Part shown: one piece after another, positions 24,901 to 34,868 of the stretch | Layout: each line of letters opens with the position of its first letter | Position numbering within the stretch: the first letter of the stretch is position 1 | NCBI GenBank assembly: GCA_024679065.1 | Contig: JAGIQG010000023.1 | Coordinates: forward strand, 10,602,001-10,666,000 | Source of the DNA: Sphyrna mokarran | Lineage: Eukaryota | Length of the DNA stretch: 64,000 bases | Direction: 5' to 3' | Program-made: the position numbers and the translations under genes | Notes under the pieces: generated by a model | The model's input: only the letters and a program-made list of their open reading frames with translations | Databases searched by the model: none | Told to the model about the DNA's origin: nothing

Positions 24901-27900
24901 CCCCCTAAATCTGAAGTACAATTACGGAGGAATAAAGAACAGAATTAGTGTTTTAACTGAAAAGAGTAAGAGAAATGGAAAGCCCATTAAAGGTTTAATC
25001 AGTCTGGAAGAATCCGATCTCTGGTAGAGTGCCTCAGTTCAGGGGTTTGCTCTGTTAAGTTTAAAGGACCAGACAGGATAGACGAGAAAGGCAGACTCAA
25101 TAATCCAGGATCTGGTGGATCTTTAGCAGCTTCTGGTTCCTCAGTCTCCACAGCCACGTGCTGCGCTCCCACGTTCTCCAGCAAAATCCCAGTAACCAAC
25201 TCCGGCAAAGTTCAACCAACTGCAGGGAGCGCCTGATGATCCTCTGTGTCCATCACTCTCTCCTCCTTCGATGGTCCACCTGCTTCCTGAGCCGACAGCC
25301 TTGTATCTCCACAACTTTACCAGCCACTCAGGAACAGGCCTGGTGTAAAATTTGGAAACAAGACTGCATCCCCGCTTAAAACACTCTGTTTCCTTTTCTC
25401 CTTCTGAAAGACTAGCCTAGCCTGCACACTCTCTGCAAAATTTCGGAATATCATATCCAGTTGTGTTCTTAACTGGCATCGCATCAGCATCTCCACTGGA
25501 ATAACCCCTGTGCTCACGTTTGGGGTGATGTTATAAGACAACAAAAAACTGTCCATACGTAAAGGTAGAGGACAGTTTATTTGTTTTTTTATTGATGGCT
25601 AGCATGTTTGTACCACAGACTCTACTGGTTCATCTGAGGCTGGGTGGGAAGGTGTTGACCTCACATCAACATTAGGCTCCAGGAACTTTTGGAATTCTTC
25701 CACAGTGAATGATGTGCCATTGTCTGACACAACCACTTCCAGAATGCCATGGATAGCAGAGAATTTCCACACTCTATCAATGGTGCCCATGGTTGTTGGG
25801 GACTTCATCAACTGCACATCCAACCACAACTAATATAAGAAACATATGACACAGAAATGGCCCGGCAAAATCTACATTTAACTTCCACCAAGGTTGACCA
25901 GGCCATTCCCAATTATGCAAACTCACCTGTGATGGTAAAACCCATTGATCTTCGTAACTCGGGCATTGATGAACCATCCGTTCTATTTCTTTGCCAATGC
26001 CTGGTGAAAACACATATGCCTGGGGCCCTCATTCTACTTTGACCTGGATGAGAGTGGTGTAGTCCTTCTAACAGGAATTAAAGTTAAAGTCACAAGTAGT
26101 TACATTCGCACTGCAGTGGAGTTACTATGAAAATCCTCTAATTGCCACAATCCAGCGCCTGTTTGGGTACACTGAGAGACAATTTAGCGTGGGCAATTCA
26201 CCTAACCAGCACATCTTTGGAGTGTAGAAGGAAACCGGAGCACCTGGAGGAAACCCACACAGACACGGGAAGAACATGCAGATATGACACAGGCCGGGAA
26301 TCGAACCCTGGTCTCTGACACTGTGACGTAGCAGTGCTAACCACTGTGCCACCATACCTTCCTGGAGTCATCTCCCCAGGAGTGGTGCAAGAAATTCTAG
26401 CCACCTGCAGCAACACCCCATCTTCACAGGGTATCTCCATCCTTCTACTTTGGTAGGGTTTGAGCTCCTCTGACTTATATCACCACTTTTGCGTTACCGT
26501 CTTCTTCACTTTTGACCACACCGGATCTATTTTTCTCTACTGTTTTATATGTTTTGCCAAGACTGGCAAGGACTCTACCAGATGCAGATATTAATCTCTT
26601 GTAGAACCGGTGGTGCGACTGTTTGTGGCAATGACAACGGCTAATTGCGTCTGCTCGGGATATCTGCATTCCAGGGTGATGCTGAAACGTATAACTGTAC
26701 GCTGCAAACAAAGGAGTCCATCTCTGCATCCCTGCGGAGGCAATTAGTGGCACCGGATTCTCCAAATAGCCTTAACAATGGCTTCTCATCTGAAACTATT
26801 GTAAAATGTCACCCATAAATGATCACCTAGTTTTCCTCATCTATCTGGTAGTATTCCGTTTCCACATTTGATCATGTCCTTCTCTCACACACACTCTCCG
26901 TCTCCCTCTCTCTCCCTCTCACTCTCCTCCAAATCCTCTCCCTCCACATACAATGCACACACACTCTCTCTCTTTCTCTCTCTCTCACTCACTCTCTCCC
27001 TCATACACACTCTCTCTCACTCCCACACTCACTCACAGATACAGGGCTCTGCTCAACACAGTCTCATTCCTGGGCCTGGAGCAGCTCTACACCGCAGGCT
27101 CTCCTCTCATGCTTGTCCCCAGGCCCAGTTTGGAGATGCTGGAGTTGGGTTCCAATGCACTCTGACAGCAAAACCCCACTGGTAGAAGGGCAGGTTGAGA
27201 GGCAGTTGTGGGATTCTTGGGGATGGCACAATGTCACAGTGTTAGTGCTGCTGTCTCACAGCACCAGAGGCCTGGGTTGAATTCCTGGCTTGAGTCACTC
27301 TCTGTGTGGAGTCTGCACATTCTCCCTGTATCTGTGTGGGTTTCCTCTGGGTGCTCTGGTTTCCTCCCACAGACTGAAGGACATGCTGGTTCAATGCATT
27401 GGCCATCCTAAATTCTCCCTCAGTGTACCTGAACAGGCGCTGGAATGTGACGACTACGGGATTTCCACATTAGCTTCATTGCGATGTTAATGTAAGCCCA
27501 CTTCTGACAGTAAGATAAATAAATAAATAAAATTGGAGTATTAATTAGAGAGATTTGGTCTCTGCTGGAGTACTGGGTTCAATTCTGATCATCACACTCA
27601 AGGAAGGAGGTTAAGGCTTTGGCAAGGGCACAGAGCAGATTTACCAGGATGGTGCTTGTAATGGGGGATTTTGGGTATGTGGACAGATTGGAGAAACTGT
27701 GATTATTGGGCTTGGAACAGAACAGATTAAAGGGAAATCTAATTGATGAATTGAAACTGAGGAAGGGATTTAAAAGGCAGTTGGATATGTGTTTGGAGGG
27801 GACTAATGTGCAAGTTTGTGGGGGAAGTTGGGCTGTGGGATTCAATTGGACAATAAATTTCAATGAGCTAGCACAGACACGACAGGCTGAATGTCCTCCA

Positions 27901-28952
27901 TCTCTGCTTTAAGATTCTTGACTCCAGTCCCACCCAGAACTTGTGTGTGTTCCCTTGTGAAGCACTGGCAGCATTGCACCAAAAGGATTGTCTACAGTTG
28001 GGATAACTCCTGCTTTCTTAAAACGTTATGTTTCACCCACAGTTTTACGGACACAAACTGCCTCGATAGTGATGAAAGCTGCAGTGGGAGAAACCGTCAC
28101 TGTGGAATGTCCACAGGCAACACGGCACAAACAACGAGAAATCTGGTGGTGTAAGGAAACTTCAGATAATAATTGCAATCTGATATCGCGCACTCATGGA
28201 GATAGTATCAGAAATGATGATGGAAGAACATCGATTGTTAATACCGATGGCAAAATTTCTGTAAATATACTACAACTTAAGGAAACCGATACAGGAACAT
28301 ACTGGTGTGAACCTCCATATCAAAACACATCACAGATTTCAGATGTTATATTACTGAAGGTTTTCTCAGGTAAGAATCTTTCAGAAGATTGATTTTAGCT
28401 CTGATAATGTGATCTGGCTGCAATAACACAGGGCAGCTGCTGTGTGAACTCAAATTAATAAAATATCACAACTCCTCGTGCAAATAGTGACCTCCCATAT
28501 TCCCATTCCTATCCATTTCCATTAACCTATTTCTGTATCCTTTCCTTCTTTATTATCTTCCCTTTATACTCTTACAAAGCAAAAATCATATTTATCTAAA
28601 ACCTCTTTTATTCTTTCATTCATGGGATGTGCCTAAAAGACCTTTTATTACCCATCTCTAATTACCCTTCAGAAGGTTGTGGTGAACTGCCTTCTTCAAC
28701 TGCTGCAGCCCATGTGGTGTATGTACACCCACAGTGCTGTTAGAGAGGGAGTTCCAGGACTGAGCCAGTAACAGTGAAGGAACAGGGATAGATTCCCCAG
28801 TCTGGATGGTGTGTGTTTTGGAGGGAAGCTTGTCAGTGGTGATGTTCCCATACACCCACTTCTCTCCTCCTTCTAGATGCTAGATTTGGAAGGAGATTTA
28901 ATTCAAAGCTGCGTGTCTCGAACCAATAAAGGCTTTATTGCCAACAATACAG

Positions 28953-28986
<34 letters not shown>

Positions 28987-31900
28987 GACAAGGTCAGACT
29001 GAATTACAATGTGACTGTACAACTTGGCTCCCTGGCTCCAACTGCGAGATGTTTCTCAACCCATGGTATACACCTTCTTGCTGATTGGCTCAGCTTCTGG
29101 CCTAGACAATCCATAGTGTCCGGCGGGATCACGTATCTCTCAGGAATGCTTTTCCCCCTAACGAGACACCCTGCTCCAAAATTATCCCTAATTTCTGTTG
29201 ACATCCAGACAAACAGCTCTACAATTCTATAAAACACATAAGCACCTGAGTAATAGACACACACACACACACGCACGTGCGCAGACACACACACGCACAT
29301 GCACGTGCACACACACCTTCATTTACAAACCATATTCTACATATCTGAACTCAGATAGACTTCCCCATTCCCCAAACAACCTCCACCTAAAACAAATCTA
29401 CAAGGAAAATCTAGACTCTCAATACCAGGAGGGTGATCCAGTTTGGGAATTGCCTGCCTGGTTTAGCAAAGACAGATAAACTGCCTTTATGAAGGTTTCT
29501 GCAATAAGTTAGCTGTAAGACTTTAGAAGTGGCCTCCCTTATTAGCTAGCTTGCTGTTAGAGATTATCCTGGCCTTCCTGTGACATGTTAAAACCAATCT
29601 TCCTGTGACGTATTAAAAATAACCTTCCTATAAGTGTTAAAACTGACCTGTCTGCTTTTGTGAGAGTTGGTGATTATACCCTGGTTATCTTTGATCCTGC
29701 TCACTGTATTATGGATTGTCTGTCTATCCCACATTCCTTGATCCTCGAAAATTAGGATCTGTATGCCACTCCTGATACCACAGATATTTTGGTAAACAAT
29801 TTCCTGATAATAGGGCCATTTACGTCTGATCTTATCTAGATGGTTGCTAGGCAACGTGTCTCATCAACACCTTTGAACATGAGTTCCTGCTGTTGCCAGG
29901 CAGATTCTCCCTATTTTGCCAATGGCACTGCCGCCCAACCACCCAGGAGGCTTCAATGGGCTCCAATCCCACCGGCGAAGCAATCACATCTTCCCTGTTG
30001 ATGGGGAACCATACCTTATCTTGCAAGTAAGGACCTCAGCTGGTGTAAGGTAAGGGCGAGTGAGCCCAGACAATAGCATGTGGTACTCACTAATTACACA
30101 CTGAGTCTCAAAGATTCCTCTCACTCCAATCACCGCTCTGCCCAACCCCTCCATCCAGACACCACTTCCCCCACTCTTGGATTGAGTCAGTCTTCTTCCC
30201 TCATAAGGGCCACGGGCCCAGTGCAGGAATGGGTTACAAAGTGAACCTGGGTGTCCTCCGGCTGGCACGGGCAAGATGGGCCAAATGACCTATTTCTGTG
30301 CTGTAATTTTCTGATGGTTCTTTCCCACTTCCTCCTCCCTCTATTCCCCTCTCCTGCACCCCACTCTTCTTCTCTCCTGTCTCCATCTCCCACTCAACAC
30401 CAGGGCCACTGACACTCGATCCTGCCATCCTGAATACAGCGTAATAGTAATGCATACATTAATAAAATGAACTAAGAACTACTGGGGATCTGGTAGTGGT
30501 TTTGAACATCTAGACTGATGGTTTTTTTGTACTAATAAAAAAAAATTAAATTCAGGTTTTATTTAATTCATTTCCTTGCATTTTGGTGCAGGTTTTCTGA
30601 GTGAATTCAATGCCTTTGATCACTTTTAACATCAAATGTCTGTTGATCATTTTTTTTGCAAAAGTAATGTTAACATTTTTTGTAGCTTTTGATCTCAATG
30701 GATGAAATTTAACCAGTCTGGGGTTTATCATTGACCAGAATCTGTACTGGACCAGCCATGTAAACACTGTGGCTACTAGAGCAGAACAAAGGCAAGGAGG
30801 AATCCTAAAGTGAGAAACCCGACCACCTGGTTCCCCAAGGCTGACCATAGAACCGTAGAAATGATACAGCACAGAAGGGGGCCATTCAGCCCATCTTGTC
30901 CATGCCAACCCAAAGACACTCAGGTGCCCTTTCTAATCCCATCTTCATGCACACAGCCCATAGCCCTGTAGCTGACAGCACTTAAGGTGCAGATCCAGGT
31001 ACTTGTTAACAAGTTTAGAGTTCCTGCCTCCATCACCAACTCAGGCACTGAATTCCATTCCCATCATCTACAAGCCACAACTCAAGAATGAGATGTAATA
31101 CTCTCCATTTGCCTGGATGAGTGCAATGACAACAACATTCAAGAAGGTCAACACTGTCCAGGACAGAACAGCCCACTTGTTTGCTATCCCTTCGACAAAA
31201 CGCTCAATCCCTCTCCCGTTGATGAACAGTGGCAGTGTACCACCTACAAGTTGCCCCACATGAACTTACTAAGATTACTTAGGCAGCACCTTGCAAACCC
31301 ACGACCACCAACATCAAGAAGGACAAGAGCAACAAAGACCTGGGAACACCTTTCACTTGGAGATTCCCTTCCAAGTCACTTAGCATCCTAATTTGGAAAT
31401 ATATTGCTGTTCTTTTATTACCACTGTGTCTAAACCCTGGAATTCTCACCCTAACAGCACAGTGGGTATACTTTGCAATGAAGACTCAAACTCTGTTTGT
31501 CCTACAAGTAACAAACTCACATTGCTTGTAAGTCTTTAGTGTTCATCCAAACTAGACCCAGTTCCTGTAGAATAGGCCTGGAGTTGGATACTATCCGTCA
31601 ACTGTGAAAATTCACCCAAACACGCTGAGAAATTTCACTGCAGCTACAGAAAATAGAAATGGTTTATTAAACTTGGACACAAACACCTCAGAAATTTTAA
31701 ATAAAAGTTTTAGAATAAGCAAAAATTTAATACAACAGCTTTTAAGAATTACACTGTATTTTAAGACTATAATCCTTTTTGTATTTTAAAAATAGAAAAT
31801 ACTATTGACATTTCCAATGTTTGGTTAATGTATCATGTTTTGGGCAATGAAAAATGTTCAGTTTTTCACCATTTTCAACTTTCAATGACTCTTTTTCTTA

Positions 31901-34794
31901 TTTACCAACAGATAAATGGGACCCAATCCGATCAAACATCAGTGGTGATGTGGGAAATGCCGCCACTATACCGTGTCTGTTCACGGACAGGGAGAAACTC
32001 TATAAGAAATTCTTGTGTAAAGCGACCGCTGTAAATAAATGTATTACTATTGCCAGCTCTGATGGAGTTACAGAGAATCAGAATAATGAGAAAGTTTCAA
32101 TCACTGTTAATAATGCTCATAATTTTACCGTTACCATGACTAACATAGACAAAGACGACAAAGGAGAGTATTGGTGTGGAGCTCAGAATATCAGTGACGT
32201 AAAGATCGTAGCGATTAAAAATCTGACAATTACTAAAGGCAAGGACAAATATACAATTATTATAATTCAATCAGTATTGTATAAAACTCACAAAACAATA
32301 ACAATTGGTCAGTGCTGTCCTTCATGTTTTATACAAGCCTATCAACCTATCGCATCTCAATCTTGCAGCATATCCGCTTCTAGTCTTTTCCTCCTCAGTA
32401 AGTTTCTCTCCATTACCCCTAAACATATATATGATATTTGCCATAATTGCATCTTATGAAGCAGGTAAACACAGAAACATAGGAAATGGGAGCAAGAATA
32501 CTCCTTCAGAATGCCTCAGATTCACTAAACAAGACGCAGCAATGTCTATAAGCCGGACATTTTTAAGATCCTCTATTCACCAATCTTAACTGAGTAAGAG
32601 TTTTTTGAAACTTACCTGGCACTGCGTTGGCCGTCATGGAGTTTCACTGCTCCATATTCCTCTCTCTCTGCCACTCTAAGTGATCTTTGCAACAGCTGAG
32701 AGACTTGAACCACCCGTGCCCTGAATCACCCGACCGCATTCCAGCAAGGTCTGAAATCCAACAGGACTGGATTTGAGCTATTAAACCCAATTCCATATTG
32801 AACAAGTTCCACCTTCGAATAACTCTCTGGGTAAAGAGTTTCGAAAATTTCACTGATACTAATAGTAACCACTCATAATAAAAATACATTGAAACTTTGA
32901 GCTATACCTCACAAAATATTGTATTTCCAGCACTATTAGCCCCTTCTGAAACCCCCTCAGAAACCCAGCTTCTCACCTATTGACTCTGTCTACATTTCCT
33001 GCAGCCTTGGAAAAACAGCTAGCGTCATCAAGGACCTTAGGCACCCCGGACATTCTTCCATTTTCTTGCATTGGGAAAAAGATACAAAACTCTCAGGTCA
33101 CATGCCAGAAGCCGAATCAAGAACAGCTTCTTCCCAGCTGCCATTAGACTATTAAATGGATCGACCTCATATTAAGCTGATCTTTCTCTACTCTCTAGTT
33201 ATGGCTGTGACACCACATTCTGCACTCTCTCCTTCCCCTCTCTATGAACGGTATGCTTTGTCGGTCTAGTGCACAAGAAATAATACATTTCACTGCATGC
33301 TAATACATGTGACGATAATATATCAAATCAACACCTTCTCCTCAGCTCACTTTTCAATATGTTAGTTAAGGACACAGAAATCTATTCAAAAAAAATCACT
33401 CTTCATTCATCCTGTATTTGACATGAGGAAACTTAACCAGTCTTCAGAATGAATTAAATCCCTGCCCCCCCCCGACCCGCCATCCCCTCATTCACAACAC
33501 CCAGGCTCACTTTCCATAAGTACTGTCTGCTGAAGAGAATTGCGGTGGTTACCAGTTCCTTATTGAATTATTCATTCATGTTTATTTGCTACAATAGGAA
33601 AATCAGAAGTTTCCAACAAGTTTACCTCAAGGTAAGACTGGAATTTGCATTGTATAAATAACAATTGTTGCGCCATTCTCAATGAAGCCACAGTTGATAA
33701 ATAATCTTACTTTCCCCTCACATCATGGTGAACAATGCAATATCTTTAAATTACCACAATCCACATAGCGGTAATCTTGTGCCAGCTTTTTTCTCATACT
33801 TCTGCTATTGATTGTCTTCCCATTTAAGACACACAACATCGAAGTCAGGGAGCAAAGTTCTTGCATGTCCTGGCAATAATCATTCAGTACAATACTATGT
33901 CAGGATTGCATTGCAACTTTCTGCTGACTCCTCCACCAGGCAGTTCCCGTCACCTCGGCCGGATGTTTCATTCATTCAGGGGATGTGGGCGCTGCTGATA
34001 TTTTTCCTGTGCACACACAGCCCAATGACTCTTTAATGTGAGTTCCAGTTGAAAATCAGCCCACAGGTTCTACATACTGTCTGTGCTTTCAATATAATGT
34101 TGCACACATTTTGGGAGGTTGAGTATTGTCATAGAATCCCTGCAACACAGAAGAGTCCATTCGGCCCATCAAATCAGCACCGACTCTCTGCCACGTCCTC
34201 ACCTCTGCCCGATCCCCCAAAACCCACTCATGTACCATGGGCAATCTGCCTAACCTGCTCATCATTGGACACTCAGGGGCAATTATAGCCTGGCCAATCC
34301 ATATAAACTGCATATCTTTGGACTGTGGGAAGAAACCAGAGAACCTGGTGGAAGCCCACGCAGATACAAAAGAATATGCAGATTCCGCACAGACAGTGAT
34401 TCAAGCCAGGAATTGAACCCAGGTCCTCGGGGCTGTGAGGCAGCAGTACTAACCACTGTACCACAGTGTTTGTCATACAAGTTTATCACATAAACTCTGG
34501 GATAAGTTATCTTGTATTAATTATAGCTCCTTGTTTTGTCAGAGACGTTCTGTTGGAGATATGGAGGATATTCCGCTGGCTGATCTTTAGTGCTCTGGCT
34601 GCTTGCACTGTTTCAGTCACATGCTATGCACATTTTGCAAAGGCCCCAGGTATAATATTTTAAATCTCTTTCCTCTAATATTTATACATAATTAACTTCA
34701 ACCTAAAAGCTTAGGCATTTTGAAAGCTGCTGAAAAGACACAGCAAAAAACTCCACAAGGAAATGACTCCTCCTCGAGAAATCTAACCCAATGA
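13707..34794 (+). CDS. Gene B: complete multi-exon CD300/pIgR-like (CMRF35/MDIR-like) receptor; leader + 4 V-type Ig domains + stalk + Arg-containing TM + short tail; ~521 aa
   Basis: Exons 13707-13746, 18192-18515, 23162-23488, 28043-28369, 31912-32238, 33598-33631, 34543-34649 and 34715-34794 join in frame (phases 1,1,1,1,1,2,1; 1566 nt including stop). All have AG acceptors and GT donors except one GC donor. Ig domains show C...WxC/FLC-x7-C...DxGxYWC. The last exon is the least certain. Confidence 0.8.
14300..14598 (+). mobile_element. tRNA-derived SINE in intron 1 (copy ~44474-44772)
   Basis: A/B boxes and AATAAATAAACTTT tail. Confidence 0.88.
15290..15840 (+). mobile_element. CR1 LINE 3' end in intron 1 (copy ~45464-46025)
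   Basis: [32 protein letters not shown]. Confidence 0.9.
15845..17150. repeat. Degenerate (CA)n/(CT)n microsatellite tract containing a 138-N gap (16241-16378)
   Basis: Direct inspection; source of the His/Thr and Cys/Val ORFs. Confidence 0.97.
17452..17732 (+). mobile_element. SINE upstream of D1, inserted in an old CR1 fragment (copy ~47618-47898)
   Basis: GGCACAGCGGCACAATGATTAACACTGCTGCC head; interrupts GGGT..CAATTCTGGGCACCACAC. Confidence 0.85.
18192..18515 (+). CDS. Gene B Ig V-domain exon D1 (324 nt)
   Basis: Acceptor ccaacag|, donor TCAG|GTAAGA; encodes TITVEC...[11 protein letters not shown]...DTGTYWCG, with the extra C-C' disulfide typical of CD300/pIgR/TREM domains. Confidence 0.92.
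19125..19732 (+). mobile_element. CR1 LINE 3' end nested in the Gypsy LTR (copies ~24083-24690, 49291-49898, 53895-54500, 59285-59890)
   Basis: [36 protein letters not shown]...[11 protein letters not shown] (CR1 ORF2 C-terminus); TTCTTTG-type tail. Confidence 0.9.
21130..21420 (-). mobile_element. SINE nested in Gypsy pol (copies ~26078-26355, 50965-51090 partial, 56330-56620, 61280-61558)
   Basis: GTCACAAGTAGGCTTACATT tail and GCAGTGCTAACCATTGTGCCACC head on the + strand. Confidence 0.88.
22300..22610 (+). mobile_element. SINE upstream of D2 (same insertion at ~27224-27530, 52094-52400, 57500-57810, 62430-62740)
   Basis: SINE head directly after GGATTCTTGGGGA; (TAAA)n tail. Confidence 0.88.
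23162..23488 (+). CDS. Gene B Ig V-domain exon D2 (327 nt)
   Basis: Same splice sites and phase as D1; TITVEC...[11 protein letters not shown]...DTGTYWCG. Confidence 0.92.
24046..26870 (-). mobile_element. Gypsy remnant, cassette copy (LTR 24046-24894)
   Basis: Homologous to 19087-21935; [16 protein letters not shown] integrase motif. Confidence 0.88.
28043..28369 (+). CDS. Gene B Ig V-domain exon D3 (327 nt)
   Basis: cccacag| acceptor, TCAG|GTAAGA donor; TVTVEC...[11 protein letters not shown]...[10 protein letters not shown]. Confidence 0.9.
28913..29130 (-). mobile_element. Partial Gypsy LTR after D3, without the CR1 insertion
   Basis: CAATAAAGGCTTTATTGCCAACAATA joins directly to the (TA)n/ACAAGGTCAGACTGAATTACAATG segment. 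Confidence 0.75.
31912..32238 (+). CDS. Gene B membrane-proximal Ig V-domain exon D4 (327 nt, divergent type)
   Basis: Polypyrimidine tract + ccaacag|; [11 protein letters not shown]...[13 protein letters not shown]...DKGEYWCG; several N-x-S/T sequons; donor is AAG|GCAAGG (GT in the gene A remnant). Confidence 0.9.
33598..33631 (+). CDS. Gene B 34-nt stalk micro-exon ([11 protein letters not shown])
   Basis: caatag| acceptor and strong AAG|GTAAGA donor; converts phase 1 to phase 2, which is the phase the TM exon needs. Confidence 0.75.
34543..34649 (+). CDS. Gene B transmembrane exon ([36 protein letters not shown])
   Basis: ttgttttgtcag| acceptor in phase 2; hydrophobic helix with Arg near its extracellular end; CAG|GTATAA donor, or read-through GIIF* ending at 34663. 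Confidence 0.8.
34715..34794 (+). CDS. Gene B candidate terminal cytoplasmic exon ([26 protein letters not shown])
   Basis: Phase-1-compatible AG at 34713-34714 (an in-frame alternative AG lies 12 nt downstream), stop at 34792-34794, AATAAA at 34863-34868. The intron would be only 65-77 nt with a weak pyrimidine tract. Confidence 0.45.
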
Positions 34795-34862
34795 ACCATT
34801 ATTACTAGGCCAGTGTTAGAACAACAACTGCTGGAGTGAATTTTATGTTTGTTAATAGAAAG

Positions 34863-34868
34863 AATAAA
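34863..34868 (+). terminator. Candidate polyadenylation signal, gene B
   Basis: First AATAAA downstream of the predicted stop. Confidence 0.5.

Larger units (their letters stand above)
598..28791 (+). repeat. Large tandem segmental duplication, copy 1
   Basis: Colinear with 29833-64000 (offset steps ~29235, 29878, 30174, 30166, 35201); paired near-identical ORFs throughout the track. Confidence 0.95.
17130..29130 (+). repeat. Intragenic ~5 kb Ig-exon cassette array in gene B (3 exons)
   Basis: Motif CTCACTCACAGATAC recurs at ~17143, ~22112 and ~27030; exon spacing 4970 and 4881 bp; same order of repeats in each unit. Confidence 0.9.

Noticed and set aside
18192-28369. Rearranging Ig/TCR V gene segments
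   Set aside because: No leader per V and no RSS heptamer/nonamer after the exons; each exon includes the G strand and ends in a splice donor; Cys pattern is CD300/pIgR type.
29588-29854. 88-aa minus-strand ORF in the D3-D4 intron
   Set aside because: No motif I can recognise with confidence; probably a decayed repeat.
13707-34794. Assigning the symbol PIGR or a specific CD300 gene
   Set aside because: Family membership is clear but orthology is not; the domains are recent local duplicates and the TM/tail do not resemble tetrapod pIgR.
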